Source of the DNA: Mizuhopecten yessoensis | Lineage: Eukaryota | DNA: 64,000 nucleotides | Direction of reading: 5' to 3' | Assembly: GCF_002113885.1 (NCBI RefSeq) | Contig: NW_018408610.1 | Span: forward strand, 564,648 to 628,647 | Part shown: one piece after another, positions 23,428 to 35,400 of the stretch | Numbering within the stretch: the stretch's first letter is position 1 | Layout of the letters: each line of letters begins with the position of its first letter | Position numbers and translations under genes: made by a program | Notes under the pieces: generated by a model | What the model saw: the letters and a program-made list of their open reading frames with translations, nothing else | Database searches by the model: none | What the model was told of the DNA's origin: nothing

Positions 23428-26400
23428 CCAAATTACAACTACACCATCTGATCAACGTGTAGGTAGGTGTATTTCATGTTAGACTGACCTGATTTTCTGT
23501 GTCTAATAATCTGTACGAGTCACCGGGTTCAACGTATTTGGGTCTTCTATGCTCATGTGCCGCTGAAGTGTGGTAGTCACGTGGCGGGTTCGATATTTCT
23601 ATTGGCAAATACATCCGAGACTTTTAAAAAAACAGTAAGAGACCGTTCTTAATTCATTTTACTCTAGTAGATGATGTGTTCTGTCAATTTTAGGTACGTA
23701 TGGTTAAAAATATTCAAAACAATGTTGTGTAATATGATAATTACCTTATAATCGTAAGATTAAGTATGATTTTGAATTAATATTTATCAACTGTCTATCG
23801 TTTTTATTTTATATTTTTTTATTTATAACTTCAGAAAACATTATTATGACAACGAACTTAAACTTTTGTTAAAAAAATGTGCATTACTTTTCAAAATTAT
23901 CAATTGAAACACAAATACAAAGAGTGTTAAACATTTTTTTGTATTTGTATTTTAAAAAACTATTGTGAAATTCCGTCTACAGAAAAAAGAGTACTGTGTC
24001 CTCTGAATCGGACGAAATCGACCGATAACGACAATTTCAGGAGCTGAGGACACTTTGGGGAAAATGAAAAAACAATAATAACTTACAACAGCGAACTTAA
24101 AAAATAATTCAATAATTTAAAATAGGTTATAAAAACACTATTAAAAATAGTGTAAAAGTACGCTATTTGTATTTTAATAAACTATTGTGAAAATCGCAAA
24201 TCTGTTCAGTGAGGTCTTTGACTTTACCGGTACAACTGGTTGGTCGCTGATTCTTTCCCAGCCGTTATAGTAGGCTGCCGGGCGTTCATTTTCGGAACTC
24301 CACACCATGTGTTCCCGTCTTGGTGGTCCCCGGTCCCCGGTCCCAATATTGTACGCCCTATTGGCCCTCAAGTTCTCCATTCTTGTTGGCATACTGATTT
24401 CACTGCCATAATCTCGATTATGTCTGTAGAAAAACGTCAACACGATCAAATATATTCAAGCTTTACCGGGTTATCTCCCCTTTGAGTATCATCAGAGTGT
24501 TTGATAGCAAAACAGTCTTAAAAAATAGCGTTTGAGTAATGAAAATAAATTTTAATGATTCATTTTGTTAATTCATTTCAACAGCAAATTGTATGCATAC
24601 CTTTAAAGAAAAGCTAAAAGAAACGGATTTAATACAAACGAGAATTTATATTTAATTATAGATATATTACACGAATACTTTGAGTATAGGTGCTCATTCG
24701 TTTAATTTCATTTCATTTAATTTCATTTCATTTATAACTACACTCGATAATTTATGATATACACTTTAAAAAAATCAAGGGGTCAGAACATACATTCAAT
24801 GTATAACAATCAGAAGTTTTCACTAACGTTTTTTCTCCGGGTTAATTCTTTTTTTCAGTGCGTACATTACACGTTAACATCATGAACATAGATGCGTACG
24901 GATTACACTATTTTAATTGCATTGATAAGCGTAAAGTTTACTTTCAATTCAAAAATCCATATTTCAAATACAAACGACCACTTTTTACAATCCTGAAAGT
25001 AACAATGTTAATTTACGTTTCAAATTCCTTGACGTCTGTCCGATGGAATACTACTTGCCTTGTACTACTATGGGTTTTCTTTGTTGTCCTTCTTTTCTTG
25101 CATACACATACGATGACGACTACGATGACGATGATAACTGCTCCTCCTAACCCTGCGGTAACTACCAGAATGTTTGTGAGGTCACTAGACTTTAAGCAGC
25201 TATCACTGTAATGCTCGAATACGGTGTCTGGGAGGCATCTGTAATACAAAGTTGAACCATGAAGCGGTACACCATACGCTCGTCACAGATTAGTTTGGCA
25301 GTTGTAATGATTGAAATGTAAAAAATATTTGGTTGGTTGGTTGATTGTATAGGGTTTAATGTTCTATCACCAGCTAATGTCATTCAAGGACGTACTTCCA
25401 TGTGAGTTGTGTGTGTGTGCTGGAGGCAAGGTTCATTGGTGTATTAGCCTCCTTGTGATAGCGCGGATCTGATGCAGACTTTAAAGTGCTATCTCACTGA
25501 GTTACTATGCCGAAGGCACCCAGCACAGAATTTCGTCCGGTCTCACCATACTGACAATGGATGAATCAGTTGTTGCAATAACCCTTAATGCTTAAAGTTA
25601 AGCAGGAAATAACAACTACCATTTTTAAGGAATTTGGTATGACCTAGCCTGGGGACAGAACCCATTACCTTCCTCACCTAGAAGAACGCTCTGCGTTAAA
25701 GCCAAAAGTGAGGTATTGCTAAGTGAGGCGCTAAGAAAAAATTGGAGGTGATTAGTTTAAAGAAGAAAGATATCAACTGTTGGAATTGAAAGAGTGAACT
25801 ACAACATAATTGAATGTATATACCCTTGATTTAATAAAATCACAAGGATAAACACCATACATTACGGCCGGATATAACGAAAGTTTTTATCAAAGTTATG
25901 TGTTTATGGTAATTATTCTTGTGTTTAAGTGAATCGGTTAGTAAACACCCCAGATATAAAGCGGATATCGTAATTCAGGGGACATAACTCGAAAGTCATA
26001 ACGGTCAAATAACAATGAAAATTTAAATTAAAATGTATAGGACTTTAAATTTAAGATTCCTTACTTTGTTTTTTTAGCGATAAATCTTTATGATATTAGC
26101 GATTTCTGCCACTTTATCCACATCACTTGAATGCAAAATACATGGTGATAAAATATCGTATTTAGTATATAAAATATGTATATACATATACAAAGAATTG
26201 ATACAAAATTAAAAACACTTTTTAACGTCAAAATTTGTGGAACAACAAGGATGGAAAAGAAAAAAAAATCATTTAGTTTCAAAGAAAACTGATATTAGTC
26301 TACACAATTATTTTTTTTATAAATAAATGTATTAAATCAAATTAACTTTAATTCATATTAATTTGTTTCTGTCGATATATTGAAAATTAAAAGAAATGTG

Positions 26401-29400
26401 CAATTTGGAAAAAAGTTGTATTGCTAATTGTTTTGAAGAAGAACCTTCTAAAATATTCATCGAAGCCACTGTAGATAAATTCTTGTTAGTGCATTTGAGT
26501 TGTCTTTCTTTGAAAACTAAATACAGTTTAAAAGACAGTTTTCAGTTGCTTATATTTTGTTTCCATTAGTACATTGTATACATGTCTGTGATAGTCATAG
26601 ACATTTTCAACAGTTTTCTGTTGATATGAATACAAAATTGCGGCTACTTCATAAGGGGGCGGAAACCGATGACGCAAGGATACAGATGATTTAAGAAAGG
26701 ACAATAATTTGTGCGATATTTATAAAGGTTATTGTATTCTTTTCAAATGGAAGTAAATGCTCTATATCATTTTATCGCAATGCCATCGTATTATAAGGTC
26801 TTTATGTGTTACTGTTTTGAATTTGTGAGCTTGTGAACTTATTCAACCGACTGTATCAGTCATTAATTCAGTCGATTCGCTGCTTTTTCAGACGTCACAG
26901 GAAACCATAATCAAATTCAATAAAATTACTTTCTGAAACTACCATCAACCTGTGACAGAACAGTTTCTCACGACGTAATGCGACGTCTGCAATTTATAGC
27001 GTTTTTACTAGTTATGCATAGAAGTATACGTTTAATTTCAACATCAATTATTTGTTTGGATTCTTCTTTAAATTCGGCGATTTTGATTAAAAAATCCACA
27101 CCAGACGTACGAAGAAATGAACCATCTTTTTGAAAATTTAGTTTGTAGATGTAGATGCAGAAGCTAAACAGGGTTACATCTCACAGCACAACATGGCCGT
27201 GTCTTTCGTTCAGCACTCAACACTTCATATTTAAACAGAATGAAAAATCCGTGTCTAATGTGTTCCGGTATATATTATGTAAAATACAGCTAAAGGGGAT
27301 AGGTGCCTCGAAAACCCTCTATAACAGTCATGCATGAAGTTCGGCGAGATATACAGTAGCTTTGTCATTGAAATCAACAAGCAGACCGACGTTACTTACA
27401 TGCACCTTGTGTTCCCTGACGGATGAAGTAAGCAAAGTCCGTAGTCACCACATAAATCGTACGTGCATTTCGAATTACAGATGAAAGGGTAATTTGATTT
27501 ATCACCTTCTTTGCAAATTTGGTATTCATTGCAGTTATCTTGTAAATCACAAATCCTTGAGTTTTTCGCTGAAAACAACGAATCAAATGAGTTATAGTGG
27601 ATATTTTTCAATTAATAATTAAATATATATATATATATATAAATGTAAACATGAAACATGCAGTAATGCTGTTGTTAGTAGTCAGTGTTAGTCAATGCAA
27701 TGTTTTCTTTTGTGAAATCAGATATCCTATGCTTCAAAGAGAGAAAACAATAAACTACACTACCATCAATAATTCTTCAAAAATTCAACTCAGATCATCA
27801 CCGAACAACGCTATATCTATATACATAAAATGTTTTACGAAAGTTATGATCAAATATATTTCACTTATGCATTAATGTTATAAAAGATAATACATTATTC
27901 ATTACTGTTCTTACTTACCTTTTTCTAAATCTATCTGCCATTTTGTGTTTGTCTTTGACTGATCAATGCCAACTGTTTTGTAACCAGGCAGGCTCACTTT
28001 CTCTTTTGCCCATTTATTATGTTTGACGGATTGCAGGATTGAGTCTTTCGACTTACCGGCAGCAAATCTAAGTCTATAGTTACATTCGACGCTACCGTTC
28101 CTACAACGTGGAATAATACAGGATGTTGTCGCTTTATTGACATAACTTCATAATAATACAATATATAAATAGCATGTCTGGTACTTTTACGGCAGGTACA
28201 TGAACTCTATTCGCAACTTAATACAAAAATTAACTCAGCATTTGATATAGTGTCATGTAATGGTAACTAAACTGAACCACAAACAAAACCGTCAGAACAT
28301 CGTGGGATCTTACAAAATACAACAATGTGAAAACCGTATTTAATTTATACAAAACATAGTTGTGTTCAAGAATCAGAATAAAGAAAATAAAGTTGTTGTT
28401 GAAATGATTATTTTCACAACATTTCAATTAAAATTGCATTTACCGTCCAAAACTATATACATTAAAACCTCGTTATACTGCCACATTGCAGAGAAATAGT
28501 GTCGATTTAATGGGGCTTTGGGCTGAACTGAGGGAAATGTATAAATATTTTTTAAGAAAATGGGGCATAGCAAGGGGACCTCTAATATGTTTGAAAAAAA
28601 GGTGGAACGAGGGACATTAGATCAGGGATTTTCCTGGTAACATCATCTCGCAATCAGATTAAAATTATGACGCTGACGAAAAGTGTAGGAAGCGATAGGA
28701 AGTAGAAATCTTATTGAGGAGTTAAATACTCACGTAAATCCGATGATAGTCACCCTCTCAAACCCATCTGTGCCATTGTACTTGGTATAAATCTGAAGAA
28801 ACAGAACACATAGAACATATGTTAACACTCAGCACAATCCGAAGGCTAAATTATGTTTAGAACAATCATCTAGAAGACGGAACTTAAATGAAATAATGGG
28901 GGGATGTAAGTAATGTAAGGAAAACAATCTGTAACCAACGTTGTTCGTTTTTAGCCGCGGTCACATATCTTACGGTCACACGTAGTTATAAACGTACTTT
29001 GAACTTCAAGAAACCCATGATTTAGCCGTGGTTAGGCAAAAATTGTTAAACATGTTCAAAATACTATTTCTACGGTGAATTTAGATGCCAGGACCCTACT
29101 GTCACCGTAGTATGAACATAGTTGACCCTATTTGGCCGTAATTGACCCTACTTGACTATAGTGTTTATCGTAGTTGACCGTTGTATCATGGCACTATGGT
29201 TAACACTAGGGTCAAGTAGGGTCAAATAGGGACAACTGCTAGAGTTGGACTACGTTTGAAGTACGTTAATAGTACTGTGACTAGGGTCAAGTGGGGCTAA
29301 ATAGGGTTAAGGGTTGAACTATGTTGAACTACGTCTAACTACGTTTAATACGTTTTACTAAGATCGCCTACGGTCTACAATTTGTACCACAGTCAACTTC

Positions 29401-32400
29401 GGTCATCCCCCACTACGGTCAACTACGTGCGTGACCGTAAGATGTGACCGCGGCATTAGCACGGCGTTCAGAAAACTGCGACATAACTGATCACTCACAT
29501 TCAACCAGGTACATGTTGTAAACATAAGTCAAAGATGGTATATGTGGGATAATGAGACAGATACTGGATAAGAAATGCTAGTCAACAGTCTGTTATTATC
29601 AGGGATAAAGTTATCAAATGAAAAAAAAACTTCGCGAGAACCCCTCTAGAAATTGTACCGACAATGTTGTCTACCAAAATAACTCGTCGCAGACAAAAAT
29701 AGTATAAGAAATACATATAAAAAATAGATACATATAAAACAAAATAAAAATATAAACAATTTCATATTATGTAAATATTATTTGCAGAGCGATATATTAA
29801 AACGGTTTAATAGGAAATTAGTTTCTCCTTTCTCTTCATGCTTTGTCCCTTTGTTCTATTTTCCATTTTCAATTTTTTCTCGTCTACTGAAAAGCCGCAA
29901 GGCCGTTATAGCGGACGTAAAACCATCAAATAATAAATAATAATAAAAGACTTGAAGGTGGTGTAGCTGTAGGTAATCGACCAATGTTGACCGCATTCGT
30001 TTATCGCGGTCCAAACGGTTGAACCGGTTGGGCCGGAGTCGTTCGTTGTTTAATAAGGTCAGACTTAGTAATCTGATGCTGCTTTCAGGCGAGCTCTGAC
30101 AAACCCTTGCAAGGGCTGCATAAACATTTGCAGGTCCGCCAGTGTTTATACCCGAAAACGTTACATTTAAAAACAGACAAACTGGTTGAACAGGATACGC
30201 GAACGGGGCTATGTCACAGACAGTGAGCCAGCGATACCTCCAATAAGTGGAAGCGTAAAAGTATTTGTCAATTTTCTACTTTTTTATATATATATATATA
30301 TTTGTAAGTAGTATATTATAATATATTTAATATACTTCTTCACTCACCATGTTACGGAATGACTCGCTATAAGTTTGATAAAGAGCAGACGATTTGTCCT
30401 TCAAGTCTTCGGGAAACACAATATCAACAACGACCGTCAACTTTACTGCAATGATTATTTGTTCTGAAATATAAAGTAATCAAGAAATAATCAGTTCCTA
30501 TTATTTCATAAATAATTCAATTATGCTCATACCATGTGACCAGTTGAATGAAACTGAAAACCCATTGAATAGGTTGGTCTCTGTTGACTTTGCAATTATA
30601 ATTTGGCACGATTTAAGCTTGCAAAACGACACCATAAATTAAATGTTTATGACAATGGTGTTTTAATACAAATGTACTTCGCGCGATAAAGATAATCTGC
30701 GATTTAAGAGGCAACAATATAGGCAAATCATGTATGTATAATGTAGTGAAAATTGAAAAAATGCTTCTTTCATGGATCAAAACGTCCCTTTGTGATTAAG
30801 TAATCCCCATTTTGGTACACCTCAACTACATTTCTCAGGCGACAACAACTTTTTTCAACTTATATTAAACTCTCTTGTTGGCCTAAAAGTTGGCGTGCGG
30901 GGGTCTTTATGTGGGAGGAAACCGGTGTACCCGGAGAAAACCCACGTGATCAGGCAGGTGACCCCAGCCCTTTACACGTCTGATCGAACCCCGGGCGCCT
31001 TGGTGAAAAGCAAATGAGCCATTCACTGTGTACCCAACCACCAAATTGATTTAGAATACATATTCGCATGATACAAACTATTTATTTCACAGAAGCTACT
31101 TTTGCGTTCAAATTTCATTTTGTTTAAATGAAAACAATCAACAATCTTCCCTGTTTCGTAACCTATCTTTTCGCACATGTGACGTCACGCTATCATAGAT
31201 CTTTCGGAGCGTAATCGATAAGTTTGTACTGGTGAGCTTTGCATTGATCGCATGTATATATCACAATTATTGATAAAATAACATTTTAATTCATTAGAAA
31301 AAAATGTAAAGGAATAACTATCATACTCATATTAAAATATAGGAAAATGGCACTACAATATTTATTTAATTGAGGGCAGTTGAGGTATAAACGTTAACAT
31401 TTCTAACTCTTACCTGCTGAAATAACAGAGCTACCAGGAGTAAGTGTGGTTGGTTTGATAGCAAAAGGCGTAGTTGTAGTAGGTATGGTCGTTGTAAGTG
31501 TCGTTGTTGTAGGTGTGGTTACAGTAGGTGTTGTTGTATTAGGTGCGGTTGTAGTTGGTGTGGTTGTAGTAGGTGTGGTTGTAGTAGGTGTTGTAGTAGT
31601 TGTGGTTATAGTAGGTGTTGTAGTAGGTGTTGTTGTAGTAGGTGTGGTTGTAGTTAGTGTTGTAGTGGGTGTGGTTGTAGTAGGTGTTGTAGTGGGTGTG
31701 GTTGTAGTAGGTTTGGTTGTAGTCGGTGTTGTTGTAGTGGGTGTGGTTGTAGTAGGTATGGTTGTAGTAGGTGTGGTTGCAGTAGGTGTGGTTGTAGTAG
31801 GTTTGGTTGTAGTAGTTGTTGTTGTACTAGGTGTGGTTGTAGCAGGTGTCGTTGTAGTAGGTGTTTTAGTGAATGTGCTTGTACTAGGTGTTGTAGTAGG
31901 TGTGGTTGTAGTAGGTGTTGTTGTAGTAGGTGTTGTTGTAGTAGGTGTTGTTGTAGTAGGTGTGGTTGTAGTAGGTGTTGTTGTAGTAGGTGTGTTTGTA
32001 CTATGTGTTGTAGTAGGTTTTGTTGTAGTCGATGTTGTTGTAGTTGGTGTAAGTGTAGTAGGGGTGGATGTAATAGGTATTATTGTAATCGGAGTAGTTG
32101 TAGTAGGTGTGGTTGTAGTAGGTTTGGTTGTAGTCGGTGTTGTTGAAGTGGGTGTGGTTGTAGTAGGTATGGTTGTAGTAGGTGTGGTTGCAGTAGGTGT
32201 GATTGTAGTAGGTTTGGTTGTAATAGTTGTTGTTGTAGTAGGTGTGGTTGTACTAGGTGTGGTTGTAGTAGTTGTGGTTGTAGCAGGTGTCGTTGTAGTA
32301 GGTGTTTTAGTGAGTGTTGTTGTACTAGGTGTTGTAGTAGGTGTGGTTGTAGTAGGTGTTGTAGTAGGTGTTGTAGTAGGTGTTGTAGTAGGTGTGGTTG

Positions 32401-35400
32401 TAGTAGGTGTGGTTGTAGTAGGTGCGGTTGTACTAGGTGTTGTAGTAGGTGTTGTAGTGGGTGTGGTTGTAGTAGGTGTTGTACTAGGTGTGGTTATAGT
32501 AGGTGTTGTAATAGATGTTGTAGTAGGTGTGGTTGTACTAGGTGTTGTAGTAGGTGTTGTAGTAGGCGTGATTGTAGTAGGTGTGGTTGTAGTAGGTGTT
32601 GTAGTAGGTGTTGTAGTAGGTGTGGTTGTAGTAGGTGTGGTTGTAGTAGGTGCGGTTGTACTAGGTGTTGTAGTAGGTGTTGTAGTAGGTGTGATTGTAG
32701 TAGGTGTGGTTGTAGTAGGTGTTGTAGTAGGTGTGGTTGTAGTAGGTGTGGTTGTACTATGTGTTGTAGTAGGTGTGGTTGTACTAGATGTTGTAGTAGG
32801 TGTGGTTGTACTAGGTGTTGTAGTAGGTTTGGTTGTACTAACTGTTGTTGTAGGTGTGGTTGTACTAGGTGTTGTTGTAGTAGGCGTGGTTGTACTCTGT
32901 GTTGTAGTAGGTGTGGTTGTAGTCGGTGTTTTTGTAGTAGGTGTGGTTGTAGTCGGTATTGTTGGAGTAGGTGTGGTGGTATTAGGTATTGTAGTTGGTG
33001 TGGTTGTAGTAGGTGTTGAAGTAGGTGTGGTTGTAGTAGGTGTTGTTGCCGTAGGTGTTGTAGTAGATATGGTTGAAGTCGGTATTGTTGTAGTAGGTGT
33101 GGTTGTACTAGGAGTTGAAGTAGGTGTTGTAGTAGGTGTGCTTGCAGTCGGTGTGGTTGTAGTAAGTGTGGTTTTAGTCGGTGTTGTTGTAGTAGGTGTG
33201 GGTGTAGTCGGTGTTGTTGTAGTAGGTGTGGTTGTCCTAGGTGTTGTAGTAGGTGTGGTTGTACCAGGTGTTGTTGTAGATGTGGTTGTACTAGGTGTTG
33301 TAGTAGCTGTGGTTGTATAAGGTGTTGTAGTAGGTGTTGTTGTACTAGGTGTTGTAGTAGGTGTTGTAGTAGTAGTTGTAGTGGGTGTGGTTGTAGTAGG
33401 TGTGGTTGTAATAGATGTGGTTGTACTAGGTTTTGTAGTATGTGTTCTAGTCGATGTGGTTGTAGTCGGTGTGGTTGTAGCAGGTGTGGTTTTTGTGGTT
33501 GTAGTAGGTGTTGTTGTTTTAGGTGTTGTTGTAGTCGGTGTGGTTGTAGTAGGTGTGGTTGTAGTAGGTGTGTTTGTAGTAGGTGTTGTAGTAGGTGTGG
33601 TTGTAGTAGATGTGGTTTTAGTCGATGTGGTTTTAGTAAGTATTAATGTAGTCGAAGTTGTTGTAGTAGGTGAGGTTGTAGTAGGTGTGGTTGTAGTAGG
33701 TGTGGTTGTACTAGGTGTGGTTGTAGTAAGTCTGGTTGTACTAGGTGTTGTAGTAGATGTTGTAGTAGGTGTTGTAGTCGGTGTTGTTGTAGTAGGTGTG
33801 GTTGTAGTGGGTGTGGTTGTAGTAGGTGTGGTTGTACTAGGTGTTGTAGTAGGTGTGGTTGTAGTCGATGTGGTTGTAGTAGGTGCTGTAGTTGTGGTTT
33901 TAGTAGGTATGGTTGTAGTCGGTGTGGTTGTAGTTGGTGTGGTTGTAGTCGGTGTGGTTTTAGTCGGTGTGGTTGTAGTATGTGTGGTTGTAGTATGTGT
34001 GGTTGTAGTAGGTGTGGTTGTACTAGGTGTTGTAGTAGGAGTGGTTGTAGTAGGTGTTGTTGTAGGTGTTGTTGTAATCGGTGTGGTTGTAGTGGGTGTG
34101 GTTGTAGTAGGCGTGGTTGTACTAGGTGTTGTAGTAGGTGTGGTTGTAGTCGATGTGGTTGTAGTAGGTGCTGTAGTTGTGGTTTTAGTAGGTATGGTTG
34201 TAGTCGGTGTGGTTGTAGTTGGTGTGGTTGTAGTCGGTGTGGTTGTAGTCGGTGTTGTTGTAGTAGGTGTTGTTGTACTAGGTGTTGTTTTAGGTGTTGT
34301 TGTAGGTGTTGTTGTACTAGGTGTTTTAGTAGGTGTAGTTGTAGGCTGTTTTGTCCTAGTAGGTGTGGTTGTAGTCAATGATGTTGTAGTAGGTGTGGTT
34401 GTAGTAGGTGTTGTAGTAGGTGTGGTTGTAGTAGGTGTGGTTGCAGTAGGTGTGATTGTAGTAGGTTTGGTTGTAGTAGTTGTTGTTGTAGTAGGTGTGG
34501 TTGTACTAGGTGTGGTTGTAGTAGGTGTGGTTGTAGCAGTTGTCGTTGTAGTAGGTGTTTTAGTGAGTGTGGTTGTACTAGGTGTTGTAGTAGGTGTGGT
34601 TGTAGTAGGTGTTGTAGTAGGTGTTGTAGTAGGTGTGGTTGTACTAGGTGTTGTAGTAGGTGTTGTTGTGGGTGTGGTTGTAGTAGGTGTTGTACTAGGT
34701 GTGGTTATAGTAGGTGTTGTAGTAGGTGTTGTAGTAGGTGTGGTTGTACTTGGTGTTGTAGTAGGTGTTGTAGTAGGTGTTGTAGTGGGTGTGGTTGTAG
34801 TAAGTGTGGTTGTAGTAGGTGTGGTTGTAGTAGTTGCGGTAGTACTAGGTGTTGTAGTTGTTGTTGTAGTCGGTGGAGTTGTAGTCGGTGTGGTTGTAGT
34901 CGGTGTTGTTGTACTAGGTGTTGTAGTAGGTGTGGTTGTACTAGGTGTTTTAGTAGGTGTGGTTGTAGTAGGTGTGGTTGTAGTAAGTGTTGTTGTAATA
35001 GGTGTGGTTGTAGTAGGTGTTGTTGTAGTAGGTTTGGTTGTACTATGTGTTGTAGTAGGTGTGGTTGTACTAGGTGTTGTAGTAGGTGTGGTTGTTCTAG
35101 CTGTTGTTGTAGGTGTGGTTGTACTAGGTGTTGTTGTAGTAGGTGTGGTTGTACTCTGTGTTGTAGTAGGTGTGGTTGTAGTCGGTGTTTTTGTAGTAGG
35201 TGTGGTTGTAGTCGGTATTGTTGGAGTAGGTGTGGTGGTATTAGGTATTGTAGTTGGTGTGGTTGTAGTAGGTGTTGAAGTAGGTGTGGTTGTAGTAGGT
35301 GTTGTTGCCGTAGGTGTTGTAGTAGATATGGTTGAAGTCGGTATTGTTGTAGTAGGTGTGGTTGTACTAGGTGTTGAAGTAGGTGTTGTAGTAGGTGTGT

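Noticed and set aside
30960-31042. tRNA-like B box
   Set aside because: SINE head, no cloverleaf; the same applies near 25650-25700.
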